Shown here: piece by piece, positions 1 to 9,743 of the stretch
How the letters are laid out: each line of letters begins with the position of its first letter
Numbering within the stretch: position 1 is the first letter of the stretch
Virus record (IMG/VR): IMGVR_UViG_3300011116_001229
Reading direction: 5' to 3' (one strand)
DNA from: a virus
Taxonomy: Duplodnaviria; Caudoviricetes
DNA length: 64,000 bases
The notes under the pieces: model-generated
What the model saw: only the letters and a program-made list of their open reading frames with translations
Database searches by the model: none
What the model was told of the DNA's origin: nothing
Translations under genes and position numbers: made by a program

Positions 1-3000
1 TCGAGCCAGTATTCAAATAAACCTCATGACCTTCTGGGTCTGATATGTCATTAAAGTATGAAGATGAAACTAGAGTTGTTATCTTTCCAGTAGACAATGT
101 CCCAGCAACAGCATTACTAATTCTAATGTCAGCACGTTTATATGCGGGGCGCGTCTTTGAGACTGTTAATATAAATTTGTCTTCTGGGTACGCAAGATAG
201 GGGGCCTGTTTTTGTTTACCCAGAGGAAATTTAGAAGCACAGTAGACGTAGCTTCCCGAACCAAGCAAATTAAACTGGGCTTCAAGACTACCCGTTACTG
301 TCTGTCTATATGATGAACCAGTTATATAAAATGGGTTTAATATCGACTGACCATATAAAACGTCTTGAGAAGTTATGAACTCTCCGCCGCTACCCGCACT
401 AAAGCCAGACATGGATCTGCCGAAAGTATCAAATCCTAGGAGATAAGTCAAATTAGTAAGTGGACTTGTTATATTGCTAATCGATGTATATTCAGTATTT
501 AAGAAATTCTCAAAGTCAGTTAATAAGCTACCAGTATTAGCATAGCTTGATGCCTGGAATATCTTAAACATTCCTACGTTTGCACAATTCATCACAGACG
601 CGTCAGCTTTTACCAATACGCTTCCTGTAAAAACTTTCTTTGAATTAACTGTCTGATAGGGGACGTAGTCAGACATGATATTTTGATTGTTATCGTTTCC
701 TGTTAGCGTCACGACGTGTATAAGATCATTTGTAGAACCACTGCCCAAGTCTGTTATCTTGATTAAATTCTGCTTGTCGTCAGAGTGACTAAATGTGGAC
801 TTAAAGACCAAATCTCTAACACTTCCTGTGCCATGATTTCTTTGACAGTACATGGCAACAGTTATAGCAGGACCACCTTCCTCAAACCACGTCAGGGGTG
901 ACATTTTGATTATAGTTCCCCCTCCGCCTGAAGCAGTGTATGCAAAATTGCTTGCCGATGCAATTAAAAATGAAGTCCTGTCATCAAACCATCCATCCCC
1001 CATGCAGAACGGAATTTCAATTACTGCTTTCTCAACTAAGAATGGATCATCTATGGGCAATGTGAAACACTCATCGTCTGACGCTGCGTAATTAGAATTT
1101 CTTTGAATGCTCTTTGCATATTCAGGTGAAAGAATCTGTGTGTGATCTTTTAGGCTGAAGAGCGTCCCTATCTCAGCAGTCGACTGATTTCTTTCGTTGC
1201 CCGTTGTAGACCTGAGAATGTCAAGGTTTCCTGAGATGATGCAATTTCCTTGTGAGTCAAATCCGATCTTATCTTCAAGATACAGTGAGCCATTGCAAGA
1301 CCCGCCAGCATCTGTAGTAGACACCGACAGCTTTTTAAATGAGCTTGTCACATGGTCGCCCAAAGAGCTAGTTGGAATATTCCACTGATTTGCTGTAACA
1401 TTGTAGTAGTACAAGCTGCTCGCGCTTGTGAACATTTTTGTTTTCTTGTCGACATTGAAAGCAAGCTTAAGCTGGCGTTTATTTTCTATGCTTCTTGAAA
1501 AAGAATTAGTGTTCTCACCAAATGCTGATATTGAACCTGTCACGAAGAAAGGATCAGTTAGTCTTCCTTGCGAAGGTGAATCTTCAGAAAATGGTGTCGT
1601 CTTTTCAAAGCGGTGCGTCTCATCACCCATGTAGCTCACTTGCCCTGCAGAAATAATCTTTCTATTTGGGAGCCGTATTCCACCGGAAGAAATAAGATTT
1701 TGTTTTAAATGAACACCGGGATAGCTGGGTTCCACAATTGAAGAGAGAGGCAGTATAGTTGATGCATCAACATTGCTCTGCGTGACGTAATTGATAATTC
1801 GTCTATCGTCAAAACCCGATCGATCAAAATATTGCTTATTATCGTCAGATAATAGATCTGATCTTATCAACTGTCTTCTGAGCTGCGGAGGAGAAAACAT
1901 GATTCTTCCTCCGTGACGCGGCCAATAATTAATTCCTATGTTGACAGCGTAAGACGCGGATACACTCGTCTCTGAGTCTACATCAAAATATGATCCCGTG
2001 TAAAGCGCACCTCCAATGTCACTTGTTTTTCTTGACCCAGACACTACACCAAGAAGTGGAGCAAAGTCTCTGTAGTTCCAATTAGAAGAACCCGAAGCAA
2101 ATATGCCGCATGTTGCGTAAGAAGTAACACTATCGCCCGTTAATTCTATGTCTGCAGCAGATATTCCAGACAGACCGTTATCATAGATGAGACTAGCATC
2201 AGAAGCTTTTATCACAGAGTTCCAGCGAGCAACATCATCAATGGATCCGCTAAAGTTAAATTGTGTAGTCGATTGATTACCATTTGCACCGATGCAAAAT
2301 CTGATACCTGAAGCTTGAATGTCGCTTCCGGTACTTAAAGTTGATTCCACTGTGGACATGGATATGACTTGACCGTCTACATAAACTTTAACTCCTGACG
2401 CCGTTGCACTACCGTCATAGGTCATCACTACATGATGCCACTGATTGTCATTGTAAGTGTCTAGTACTGATCTCAGTCTGAGAGTATTCCCTGAAAATGT
2501 TTGACTTATTTTGACCGATAGATAGCCGCCCTCGAGATAAAGAACGTATCCCTTTGCAAATGAGGTGTCCATTCTAGCGATTATCGGCTTATTGCTTGAA
2601 TTTGCAGCGCCCTTAAACCATGCGCTAAATGAGAACGTATTGGTCACATAATAATTTGCAAATGAGTTATCGTTTGCGTATATGACAGTACTGTTAGATC
2701 CTGAGAAGAAAGCAGCAGTTGATATTTTACCAGCTGCAGGAATCATACTGCCGGGTGTTTTGTATGTGATGTTGTTATTATTCATCGCATCGTCAGCTGT
2801 CGATGTTCCGCTTTCATCAAGCTTCCAAACATTAGTTGGATCAATAGACAGACCAAGAAGTGTGTAGTCTGTCGAATAGTCACTGAGCGGTGCGTAGTTA
2901 AATTCTATCTTGCCGTTCTCATAGATGGCAGTTTCATAAGATAGTTTCTTACCTCTGTACTCATATCCCATCGTCGACCATCTGACTACGAGCGCTTTGC

Positions 3001-3631
3001 CATCATCTGAATCATCTATAACTGCGTATTTCATTCCAAATGAGTGCTCGTTAAATGAGTAGTCTTTTGAGCTAGATCTTCCAAAGAGAAATCTTTCTTT
3101 TTGAGACGCTACTGAGTCATTTGATCCTGAAAAATACTCAATGTAAGAGTCTAGGTCTCTATGGGTCATCAGCTGGCGATCAAACCATGGGGCTAGTAGA
3201 AGGTCGTTGTATTGAAATGATTGCTTGACTGCAGAATTATCATAAGAACTACTTCCGCTAATTATTAGACGGTCATTATAAACTGTGTCTATTGATGCAG
3301 TGCTTGGATAGTTGTTAGGATCTAGCAAAGATAACCAGCCGTGAGGACTGGCGATGAAATCTCGGTATGTGACGCCATTTAAAGTAAAACCAAATCCTAT
3401 TGGTATTATGTTAGAATTTCTTCCGGGACTAACTATGCTTGATGTTAGAGACTCTTGTAAGAACTCTATGTAACCATTGCTGCTTGATAGAATTGGCCCA
3501 AACTGCTTCCATTTGACGGGATTAACTGCGCTAAGTCCTACAGACTTTTTTAGAGGATCAGTCTGAAAAGTAGCGACGTACTTATCGAAGTCTCTCGTGG
3601 GAGGCTGTCTCTTTGACTTAGGGGACGACAT
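1..3631 (-). CDS. Large LamG-domain virion (tail/baseplate) protein, >1210 aa, 3'-truncated by window edge
   Basis: Absent from the ORF track because it runs off the window. ATG at 3631 overlaps the upstream TAA (TAATG). Hand translation MSSPKSKRQPPTRDFDKY... showed no stop in the segments read. LamG/concanavalin-like motifs: WKLDE..., FSFSAWFK, NDNQWHHVVMTYDG, VYVDG, FSGSIDDVARWN. Lies downstream of baseplate genes. Confidence 0.85.
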   Translation of the reverse strand, partial: MSSPKSKRQPPTRDFDKYVATFQTDPLKKSVGLSAVNPVKWKQFGPILSSSNGYIEFLQESLTSSIVSPGRNSNIIPIGFGFTLNGVTYRDFIASPHGWLSLLDPNNYPSTASIDTVYNDRLIISGSSSYDNSAVKQSFQYNDLLLAPWFDRQLMTHRDLDSYIEYFSGSNDSVASQKERFLFGRSSSKDYSFNEHSFGMKYAVIDDSDDGKALVVRWSTMGYEYRGKKLSYETAIYENGKIEFNYAPLSDYSTDYTLLGLSIDPTNVWKLDESGTSTADDAMNNNNITYKTPGSMIPAAGKISTAAFFSGSNSTVIYANDNSFANYYVTNTFSFSAWFKGAANSSNKPIIARMDTSFAKGYVLYLEGGYLSVKISQTFSGNTLRLRSVLDTYNDNQWHHVVMTYDGSATASGVKVYVDGQVISMSTVESTLSTGSDIQASGIRFCIGANGNQSTTQFNFSGSIDDVARWNSVIKASDASLIYDNGLSGISAADIELTGDSVTSYATCGIFASGSSNWNYRDFAPLLGVVSGSRKTSDIGGALYTGSYFDVDSETSVSASYAVNIGINYWPRHGGRIMFSPPQLRRQLIRSDLLSDDNKQYFDRSGFDDRRIINYVTQSNVDASTILPLSSIVEPSYPGVHLKQNLISSGGIRLPNRKIISAGQVSYMGDETHRFEKTTPFSEDSPSQGRLTDPFFVTGSISAFGENTNSFSRSIENKRQLKLAFNVDKKTKMFTSASSLYYYNVTANQWNIPTSSLGDHVTSSFKKLSVSTTDAGGSCNGSLYLEDKIGFDSQGNCIISGNLDILRSTTGNERNQSTAEIGTLFSLKDHTQILSPEYAKSIQRNSNYAASDDECFTLPIDDPFLVEKAVIEIPFCMGDGWFDDRTSFLIASASNFAYTASGGGGTIIKMSPLTWFEEGGPAITVAMYCQRNHGTGSVRDLVFKSTFSHSDDKQNLIKITDLGSGSTNDLIHVVTLTGNDNNQNIMSDYVPYQTVNSKKVFTGSVLVKADASVMNCANVGMFKIFQASSYANTGSLLTDFENFLNTEYTSISNITSPLTNLTYLLGFDTFGRSMSGFSAGSGGEFITSQDVLYGQSILNPFYITGSSYRQTVTGSLEAQFNLLGSGSYVYCASKFPLGKQKQAPYLAYPEDKFILTVSKTRPAYKRADIRISNAVAGTLSTGKITTLVSSSYFNDISDPEGHEVYLNTGS

Positions 3632-4683
3632 TATCTAGATAATCCTCCATAAACAATTGAATCTACACCCTGCGTGGAATTATTATACGAAAAACCAGTT
3701 CGACCTGAAAATTGATTTGCGTTTAAGTAAGTCGTTCCCATCGGCTTAAGCGCTCTGACTGCTGCCAATAAATCATTGTCATAGTCTCTTGTAGATTCTA
3801 ATTCATCACCTCGAGCATACACAACATCTTCAAATGGTTCTATGTAGTTAGTGTCTGTGGGCAAATACGGTATATTAGGACCAACTTCTACAGTACTTGT
3901 GCCTTCATCATTTGACATTGTAATTGGTTCGCTAGCATCAAGAAATATTTCTTTATTGATACCGTTTGGCAAAAAGTCGTACACGCTACTAACTATGTCA
4001 GATGCTTTCTTCACAAGAACATCGCCATTAGAAAAATTTGCTTTTATTCCGTGTGGCTCTGCTGGGAAGTATATGCTGAAGTAAGAGATGATTGGTCTTA
4101 TGGGGAACGGCTCTATGATTCCGTTTAAGACAAAATTTTCTCTCTGATTTGCGTCAGATGTTACAATTGGAAAAGTGATTATCTGCTCAATTAGTTTGTT
4201 ACTGTCTTGCGCCTGTATGAATTCAACAGAATTAAAAAGATTTAGTTCTTGAAAAAAGTCATTGTCAGTTAGATTAACATTTTCATTGAGCCCGAAGGGT
4301 GTAGGATTGATAAAATGACCTGGTGTTCCTGCTGATATTTTTGCCGGGCCTGTAATGTGACGAGGTAGTGTTATTTCCACGCCTTGTCTATATGGATCTA
4401 CCGAACTTGATAGATAGCCTGTTTTGGTTGCTCTATCCTTTGTGACTGATGTGTCAAATGCATTTGCAACCGTATTTGACCCAACAATTTTTTTCAGAGA
4501 AGACTTATCTAAAAATTTTCTATCTCTCAGGATTGATGCCTGAGATAGACTGGAATAATAGTCGATATTGGACTCAATTATAACTGTGTTCGTTCCACCT
4601 TCAATAGACGACTCATTTGTAAAAATTTCAACCCACTGTCCGTTATTGAGATTATCAGGCTCTAGAGGATTCTTTAATTTCAT
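3631..4683 (-). CDS. Hypothetical virion structural protein (350 aa)
   Basis: Long ORF coupled to neighbours within the baseplate operon; no recognisable motif. Confidence 0.7.
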   Translation of the reverse strand: MKLKNPLEPDNLNNGQWVEIFTNESSIEGGTNTVIIESNIDYYSSLSQASILRDRKFLDKSSLKKIVGSNTVANAFDTSVTKDRATKTGYLSSSVDPYRQGVEITLPRHITGPAKISAGTPGHFINPTPFGLNENVNLTDNDFFQELNLFNSVEFIQAQDSNKLIEQIITFPIVTSDANQRENFVLNGIIEPFPIRPIISYFSIYFPAEPHGIKANFSNGDVLVKKASDIVSSVYDFLPNGINKEIFLDASEPITMSNDEGTSTVEVGPNIPYLPTDTNYIEPFEDVVYARGDELESTRDYDNDLLAAVRALKPMGTTYLNANQFSGRTGFSYNNSTQGVDSIVYGGLSR

Positions 4684-4693
4684 TTATGGACTC

Positions 4694-7600
4694 TTACTTG
4701 ATGTTAGATGTAAAATTTAGGCTCAGTGAGTTTTCTTTGCTAGTTTGCTGGTTATTACTTATGTAGTTGTCTCCATGTCTAGCCTCTCTCTTGTGCCGCT
4801 CTAACATATGTGATTCAATCACAAAATTTGTGCCTTTATATCTTGTTTTTCCAGGAATGAGCTGTTCAATAAATGTCGAAATTGAGTTATCAAACCATCT
4901 ATAGAATTCTAAGAATCTTCTAAAATTTAGATTTTCTACTAGTTTATTAAAATAGACATCTCTAAGTGTTTCTAGATCAGGATAGTCTGGTGAGAACATT
5001 AGCTCGGGTCGACCTATTGCATCACCCAACTCTTCAAGACTTGAGAACATTGTTATTATATCTCTATCCAAAGCGTCAACGAGTGAAAATTCTATTGATA
5101 ATCTTGTATCATCTACGGGCACTTCTTTAACAAATGATTCATTAGAAGAATATGCTGGTCCTAATGTTGCAAATGGGTTCTCTGCAAGATTACTTTCATT
5201 AAGCAGACCTCTAATTCTAACTTTGTCGCTAGTTGATGCTTCATCAAAATCAGGTGACAAGTAGCTGTAAGACTCAACGTCGCCAATCACTACAACACTA
5301 GATCCAGATCCAAAATATGATCCTGTAAGATGTAAATTATTATTGCTATGATCAATAAAAATAATTTGACCGCTCGTGTCTGCCTGCTTATCTATTTGTT
5401 TTGCAAAGCTATCAATTCTAAGTTTACCAAATGACCCTGATACTTTTGACGTAAAATTGTAATTTATCTTTGCATCGGAGACACCTGCAGACTTGTAGTT
5501 TCTAACGTGCTCTTTCCATTCAGACTCACTTATTGCTTTTGACCAGAAACGAAGATGAGATACCCATCCTGTGAAGTCAACTGTTCTTGAAGCGCCGTCA
5601 TCTACTTCAAAAGTATTATTTAAGAAAGAGTATGACTGTATGGCAGAAGCAGGAATTGTCTGCTGTGAGCCTATACAAACATAGGATCCTGAAGCATTGA
5701 AGGAGCTTGACAAAAACTCAAATACATTTTTTTCATTCCCAAATCTTTCATTAAAGAAAGTAGATGTTGTGTACGATTCTTCTATGTCTCCATAGTTTGA
5801 TTTTCCGGCTCTCAAAAAATAGCTTGAAGACAAGTAGTTTGATCCAAACTCATCAAACCGTTTTCTACCGAGTGTGACATTCCAGCGCTCGCCATCAAAG
5901 ATACCTTGTCCTGGCATGCTGAGAGACATAGTTAAAAGTGGTGAGCTAGAGTCTATGTCTGTACTTCCTGAAGTGCCAGGTCTTAGATAAGCTATTATCT
6001 TTGGATCTTCTGTTGTAGTTCCATGCACTGCAACAACATTGGCAATTAGCCCAGGTTGAGCGTACGCTGCGCTTCCTGTGACAATTAAGCGCATGAGAGA
6101 CTGACTCTTTGTTTTTATAGTTTCAAGTTTATAAGGCGGAAATTTATAGTGGCATGACAAGGTCCAAGAACCGGATGTTAGTAGACCGTCAGAAGCGTAA
6201 TTAGTACCAATAACTTGTCCGGAATCATTAAGAATAAATTGTCCGCCTGGCAAAGGATAGCCTGGTTCAACTCTTGATGCCGAGAGAGGCGGAGATATTA
6301 CCAAGGATGAGCTGACAAAGTCAACTACAGCAATTGATTCAAGACGCTTATTTCTAGACGCTCCGAGTATATTGGTTGTGTAACCACCGTATTCTCGAAT
6401 TCTGAGACTATTATCAGGGTCAATGCCTACAGACCTCAAGAAAGATCTTATGCTGTGCTGTGTACCTTTTGATCTAATAAAATCGTCTATATTGACAATT
6501 ACTCTTCTAAGAATCTGAGTGTGAACCTTTTTAAAGGCCAGGCCTGTTGAGTACTCTGTCTCAGGGCCGTCGCTATCATCAGTAAATTTATTAATTTCTG
6601 AGTGGTGAAATAAACCTGGGAAGTAAAAACCATAGCTCTTTATGATGTCTTGTAGAAAATTATCAGGCACCGACTCATTCTCGTCATAGCTTACTGTTCT
6701 TAATTTTCCAAATGACTCGACATATAATTTCATGTCGTCAAAGAACTTAGCCCACATGTAAAGAAAAGTCAGTATGACGTGTGTGGATCCAATCTTTCCT
6801 TCGCCGGGAATACCAGAGCCTGAGTAGGCATTGCCGGCATTGCCCCGCTCATTAAAGAAACCGTCTTCTGCAGCACCTTCTAGTAGATAGTGCTTTGGAA
6901 TTAGCTTCACAATATAGTTAGGATTTTCATTATCATAGATAGATGCACTAGAAAGAAGCTGGCTGTTTAAGGATTGCACTTCTTCATATGCTGGGAACAA
7001 AACAATATTAAAATCTCTCTTTTCATTCTTCACGGGATTAAGGGCGTCGGATGAAGAATCTATCCTTAATGACCCGGTAAAATTGCTGACATATGAATGT
7101 AAAGAATTACCAGAGCTATCCAAGACAATTGAATTAACTGAATCAGCTAGCGTGTCTGACAAAAGAGGCGGCGGCTCATTAAATCGATAGTATAGTTTTA
7201 AGTTAGGCGATGCATATACGCCTTTATTTCCATATAACTTTTGTTTATCTAATCCTCTGACATCATGAAAGAGTCTGAGTTCATCAATGGTACCGCTTAA
7301 AGTCTGCAATGGTGTTATTAGCGTGCTGCTGTCAAAAAATGAACTTCCTGAGCCAATATAGAAACTGCTATCATCAATGTCTAGCTTACCAATATTGATT
7401 GATTTTGGACTATTTGATCTTAGACTCTCATTTACGTAAAACTGCAGTGTTACATCAGGGCGACGCTCTTCTCTATTCATTACAACACAAATATGGTTGT
7501 AAGCGCCCTTGGTTAAAACCGCCGAAGTGCTTGTACTTTTTGATCCAGAAGAAACACAAAAGCTAGCCGTGACAAAAGACGTTGATGAATCAGGTTTGAG

Positions 7601-8236
7601 ATAAAGCGTAAATCCATTGGATGAATTTGAGATCTTTTGAAAGATAACTTGACTTGAGTTTGAAATAGCAGGCAGATAGACTTGCGCTTCTAGCGAGAGA
7701 GACCCTGTTGCGCTAGGATTTAATACAGCTTGCCCAGTGACGTTTTTTGATATCTCCGGGTAATAGAATCCTGCACGATCTTTTACTTCAATCCATGTTC
7801 CTAAATTTGCATTATAACCATTCGCAGGATTTTCTCCAACTTGTGTACCCGAGAAGTGAAGCGCACCAGACCACGTTGGAAATTGATCAAAGACATATTT
7901 TTCGAATCCTGACAAGTTGTCAATGAAATTTTGTACTTCTAGCTTAGTACCATCAAATGGAAATTTATTTATTAGTAAGTCGAATGCATCATTGACGTTA
8001 ACTTCAGCCGAAGAGAAAAATGTATGATTTTCAAACTTAGACCAGTCCAGATTAAGTTGCTGAGTACTCTTTAGCGGAGATGAGATTGAATCATATTTAA
8101 ATGAGTCAAACTCTTTAAAGTCAGTTGCACCTTGCTGTTCAACAACGTCGGCTGCAGATATCTGCACAGGCTTAGCGTCACGCAAAATTGACTTTACGAA
8201 AGATGGTGAGCTAAGTGATCCTATTTTAAATGCCAT
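4694..8236 (-). CDS. Baseplate wedge protein (T4 gp7/P2 gpI-like core) with LamG domains, 1180 aa
   Basis: FIRSKGTQHSIRSFLRSVG resembles the gp7/gpI 'KGT' motif. LamG motifs YNHICVV and LSGTIDELRLF, plus a second lectin-like segment FTGWVSHLRFWSKA. Follows the gp6-like gene. Confidence 0.7.
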   Translation of the reverse strand: MAFKIGSLSSPSFVKSILRDAKPVQISAADVVEQQGATDFKEFDSFKYDSISSPLKSTQQLNLDWSKFENHTFFSSAEVNVNDAFDLLINKFPFDGTKLEVQNFIDNLSGFEKYVFDQFPTWSGALHFSGTQVGENPANGYNANLGTWIEVKDRAGFYYPEISKNVTGQAVLNPSATGSLSLEAQVYLPAISNSSQVIFQKISNSSNGFTLYLKPDSSTSFVTASFCVSSGSKSTSTSAVLTKGAYNHICVVMNREERRPDVTLQFYVNESLRSNSPKSINIGKLDIDDSSFYIGSGSSFFDSSTLITPLQTLSGTIDELRLFHDVRGLDKQKLYGNKGVYASPNLKLYYRFNEPPPLLSDTLADSVNSIVLDSSGNSLHSYVSNFTGSLRIDSSSDALNPVKNEKRDFNIVLFPAYEEVQSLNSQLLSSASIYDNENPNYIVKLIPKHYLLEGAAEDGFFNERGNAGNAYSGSGIPGEGKIGSTHVILTFLYMWAKFFDDMKLYVESFGKLRTVSYDENESVPDNFLQDIIKSYGFYFPGLFHHSEINKFTDDSDGPETEYSTGLAFKKVHTQILRRVIVNIDDFIRSKGTQHSIRSFLRSVGIDPDNSLRIREYGGYTTNILGASRNKRLESIAVVDFVSSSLVISPPLSASRVEPGYPLPGGQFILNDSGQVIGTNYASDGLLTSGSWTLSCHYKFPPYKLETIKTKSQSLMRLIVTGSAAYAQPGLIANVVAVHGTTTEDPKIIAYLRPGTSGSTDIDSSSPLLTMSLSMPGQGIFDGERWNVTLGRKRFDEFGSNYLSSSYFLRAGKSNYGDIEESYTTSTFFNERFGNEKNVFEFLSSSFNASGSYVCIGSQQTIPASAIQSYSFLNNTFEVDDGASRTVDFTGWVSHLRFWSKAISESEWKEHVRNYKSAGVSDAKINYNFTSKVSGSFGKLRIDSFAKQIDKQADTSGQIIFIDHSNNNLHLTGSYFGSGSSVVVIGDVESYSYLSPDFDEASTSDKVRIRGLLNESNLAENPFATLGPAYSSNESFVKEVPVDDTRLSIEFSLVDALDRDIITMFSSLEELGDAIGRPELMFSPDYPDLETLRDVYFNKLVENLNFRRFLEFYRWFDNSISTFIEQLIPGKTRYKGTNFVIESHMLERHKREARHGDNYISNNQQTSKENSLSLNFTSNIK

Positions 8237-8252
8237 TGTTTAGTCTTCTCTT

Positions 8253-9743
8253 CTATTGTATTATTTGAAATGTGTTTGATGCATCTTGGTAGATATTTTT
8301 GACACCATTTATTTTAGTCATTATGTCAATCACATATGACCTTCCAACTTCAAGATTAGAAGCACTAAAAGTAAAGAACATTCCTTCAGAATCACTTGAA
8401 ACACGAGTTGAATTTTTCGTTTCATCAAACGGTATTACAGTAGTGCCACTCTCTACTTCACGCACAGAGTAAAATACATTACTTAGAACAATCCCAGCGA
8501 GCTCGACTGGCATTTTAACTAGTTTGATAAATGCATTATTATCATCAAAAATGTTAACTCTTCCAGAAATATCTTGGCCACTAGAGTATCTTTGATCAAT
8601 TCCTGCTACTGTAACTCTGTAGAATTTTTTCTTACTTGACGCAGATGATCTGTCGGGCTTTTTAGCTTCAATCTTGCTCCCTGAGACAAATGCAATATTT
8701 CCATCATTTGATGTCCATACAGGAGTAAATTTTACTGATCCTGATTCAGCTATTCTTGCTGCGATAGTAGCATTTGAAGAGTCGATATTAACTGTAGACG
8801 AGTAGACACCCATTACTGCGTTTGATCCAAGCTTAAATTGCGAACCTGAGAAAGTTAGTGAATATCCCCCGGTTTCTGTGACTAATTTAAGTTTTACACA
8901 GTTAGCACCTGTGAGTGACGTTGAAGCTGAAACTAAATTATTTAGATCACCCTTTATGTAATTATAGAGGTTGATCTTACAGTCAGTGTCGAATGTCAAA
9001 TTTTGTGTATCATCAGAGATTGAGTCATTAAATTTAAAGATTAACTTGGGGCGCTTTATTTCATCATATGCATGACGACTTGCAAAACGCTTCACAAAGT
9101 ACGTATTTGTGTCTGTCTCAAGAGAGCCGCTGTAAGAAATTCTAAACCCTCTATCGGGTAATTCACCCGTTAAGGTTGCTGATACAATTGAAGTTACATC
9201 AATCAATAGGCTCTCTGTTCCAACAGGAAATTCTTGCTTTGCTTCAGTTGACTGAATGCTCACAGAGCTTGTGATGAAATCACATGCTTGAGTTGCACCA
9301 CCTCCGGTACCACAACCAGAAGAATTCCAGAGTATACCTCTTGATGAAGAAAGCCAATTAGCTGCATCAATATCTGTGTAATACACAAGATCTTTACCAA
9401 GTCCTTCTTCAAATGATGCTGAGAGGGGAAAGACGCTCACAGTAAAATTCTGTGGAGTTGGTTGACCACCATATACGTCAGTTAAAGATAGCTGACATTG
9501 AAAAGACGCGTCATTAATGTCTACGCTGCCTGACTTCCACAAGTTGTCAATGTCTGATAGATCAAACTGAACTAGAATTCTAGATAATTCATCTGTTACT
9601 CCTGATGAATCGGGTGCCAAATCATGCAATTTAAATAAATCTAGCGTGCCCGCTAGACCAACGTTTCCTGACACTTTAGATTTCGCACTAATTACTTTGT
9701 TAGTAATGTATGTGTCTTTTTTAGCTTTGATGCTTTTATACAT
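8253..9743 (-). CDS. DNRLRE/CBM96-like domain virion protein (496 aa)
   Basis: N-terminal KKDTYIT...NVG...SRILVQFDLS pattern typical of DNRLRE-type domains; located in the baseplate operon. Confidence 0.6.
   Translation of the reverse strand: MYKSIKAKKDTYITNKVISAKSKVSGNVGLAGTLDLFKLHDLAPDSSGVTDELSRILVQFDLSDIDNLWKSGSVDINDASFQCQLSLTDVYGGQPTPQNFTVSVFPLSASFEEGLGKDLVYYTDIDAANWLSSSRGILWNSSGCGTGGGATQACDFITSSVSIQSTEAKQEFPVGTESLLIDVTSIVSATLTGELPDRGFRISYSGSLETDTNTYFVKRFASRHAYDEIKRPKLIFKFNDSISDDTQNLTFDTDCKINLYNYIKGDLNNLVSASTSLTGANCVKLKLVTETGGYSLTFSGSQFKLGSNAVMGVYSSTVNIDSSNATIAARIAESGSVKFTPVWTSNDGNIAFVSGSKIEAKKPDRSSASSKKKFYRVTVAGIDQRYSSGQDISGRVNIFDDNNAFIKLVKMPVELAGIVLSNVFYSVREVESGTTVIPFDETKNSTRVSSDSEGMFFTFSASNLEVGRSYVIDIMTKINGVKNIYQDASNTFQIIQ

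Noticed and set aside
852-2867. Short plus-strand ORFs in the track (852, 1197, 1428, 2682)
   Set aside because: They are antisense shadows of the large minus-strand LamG ORF (<1-3631), with no motifs.
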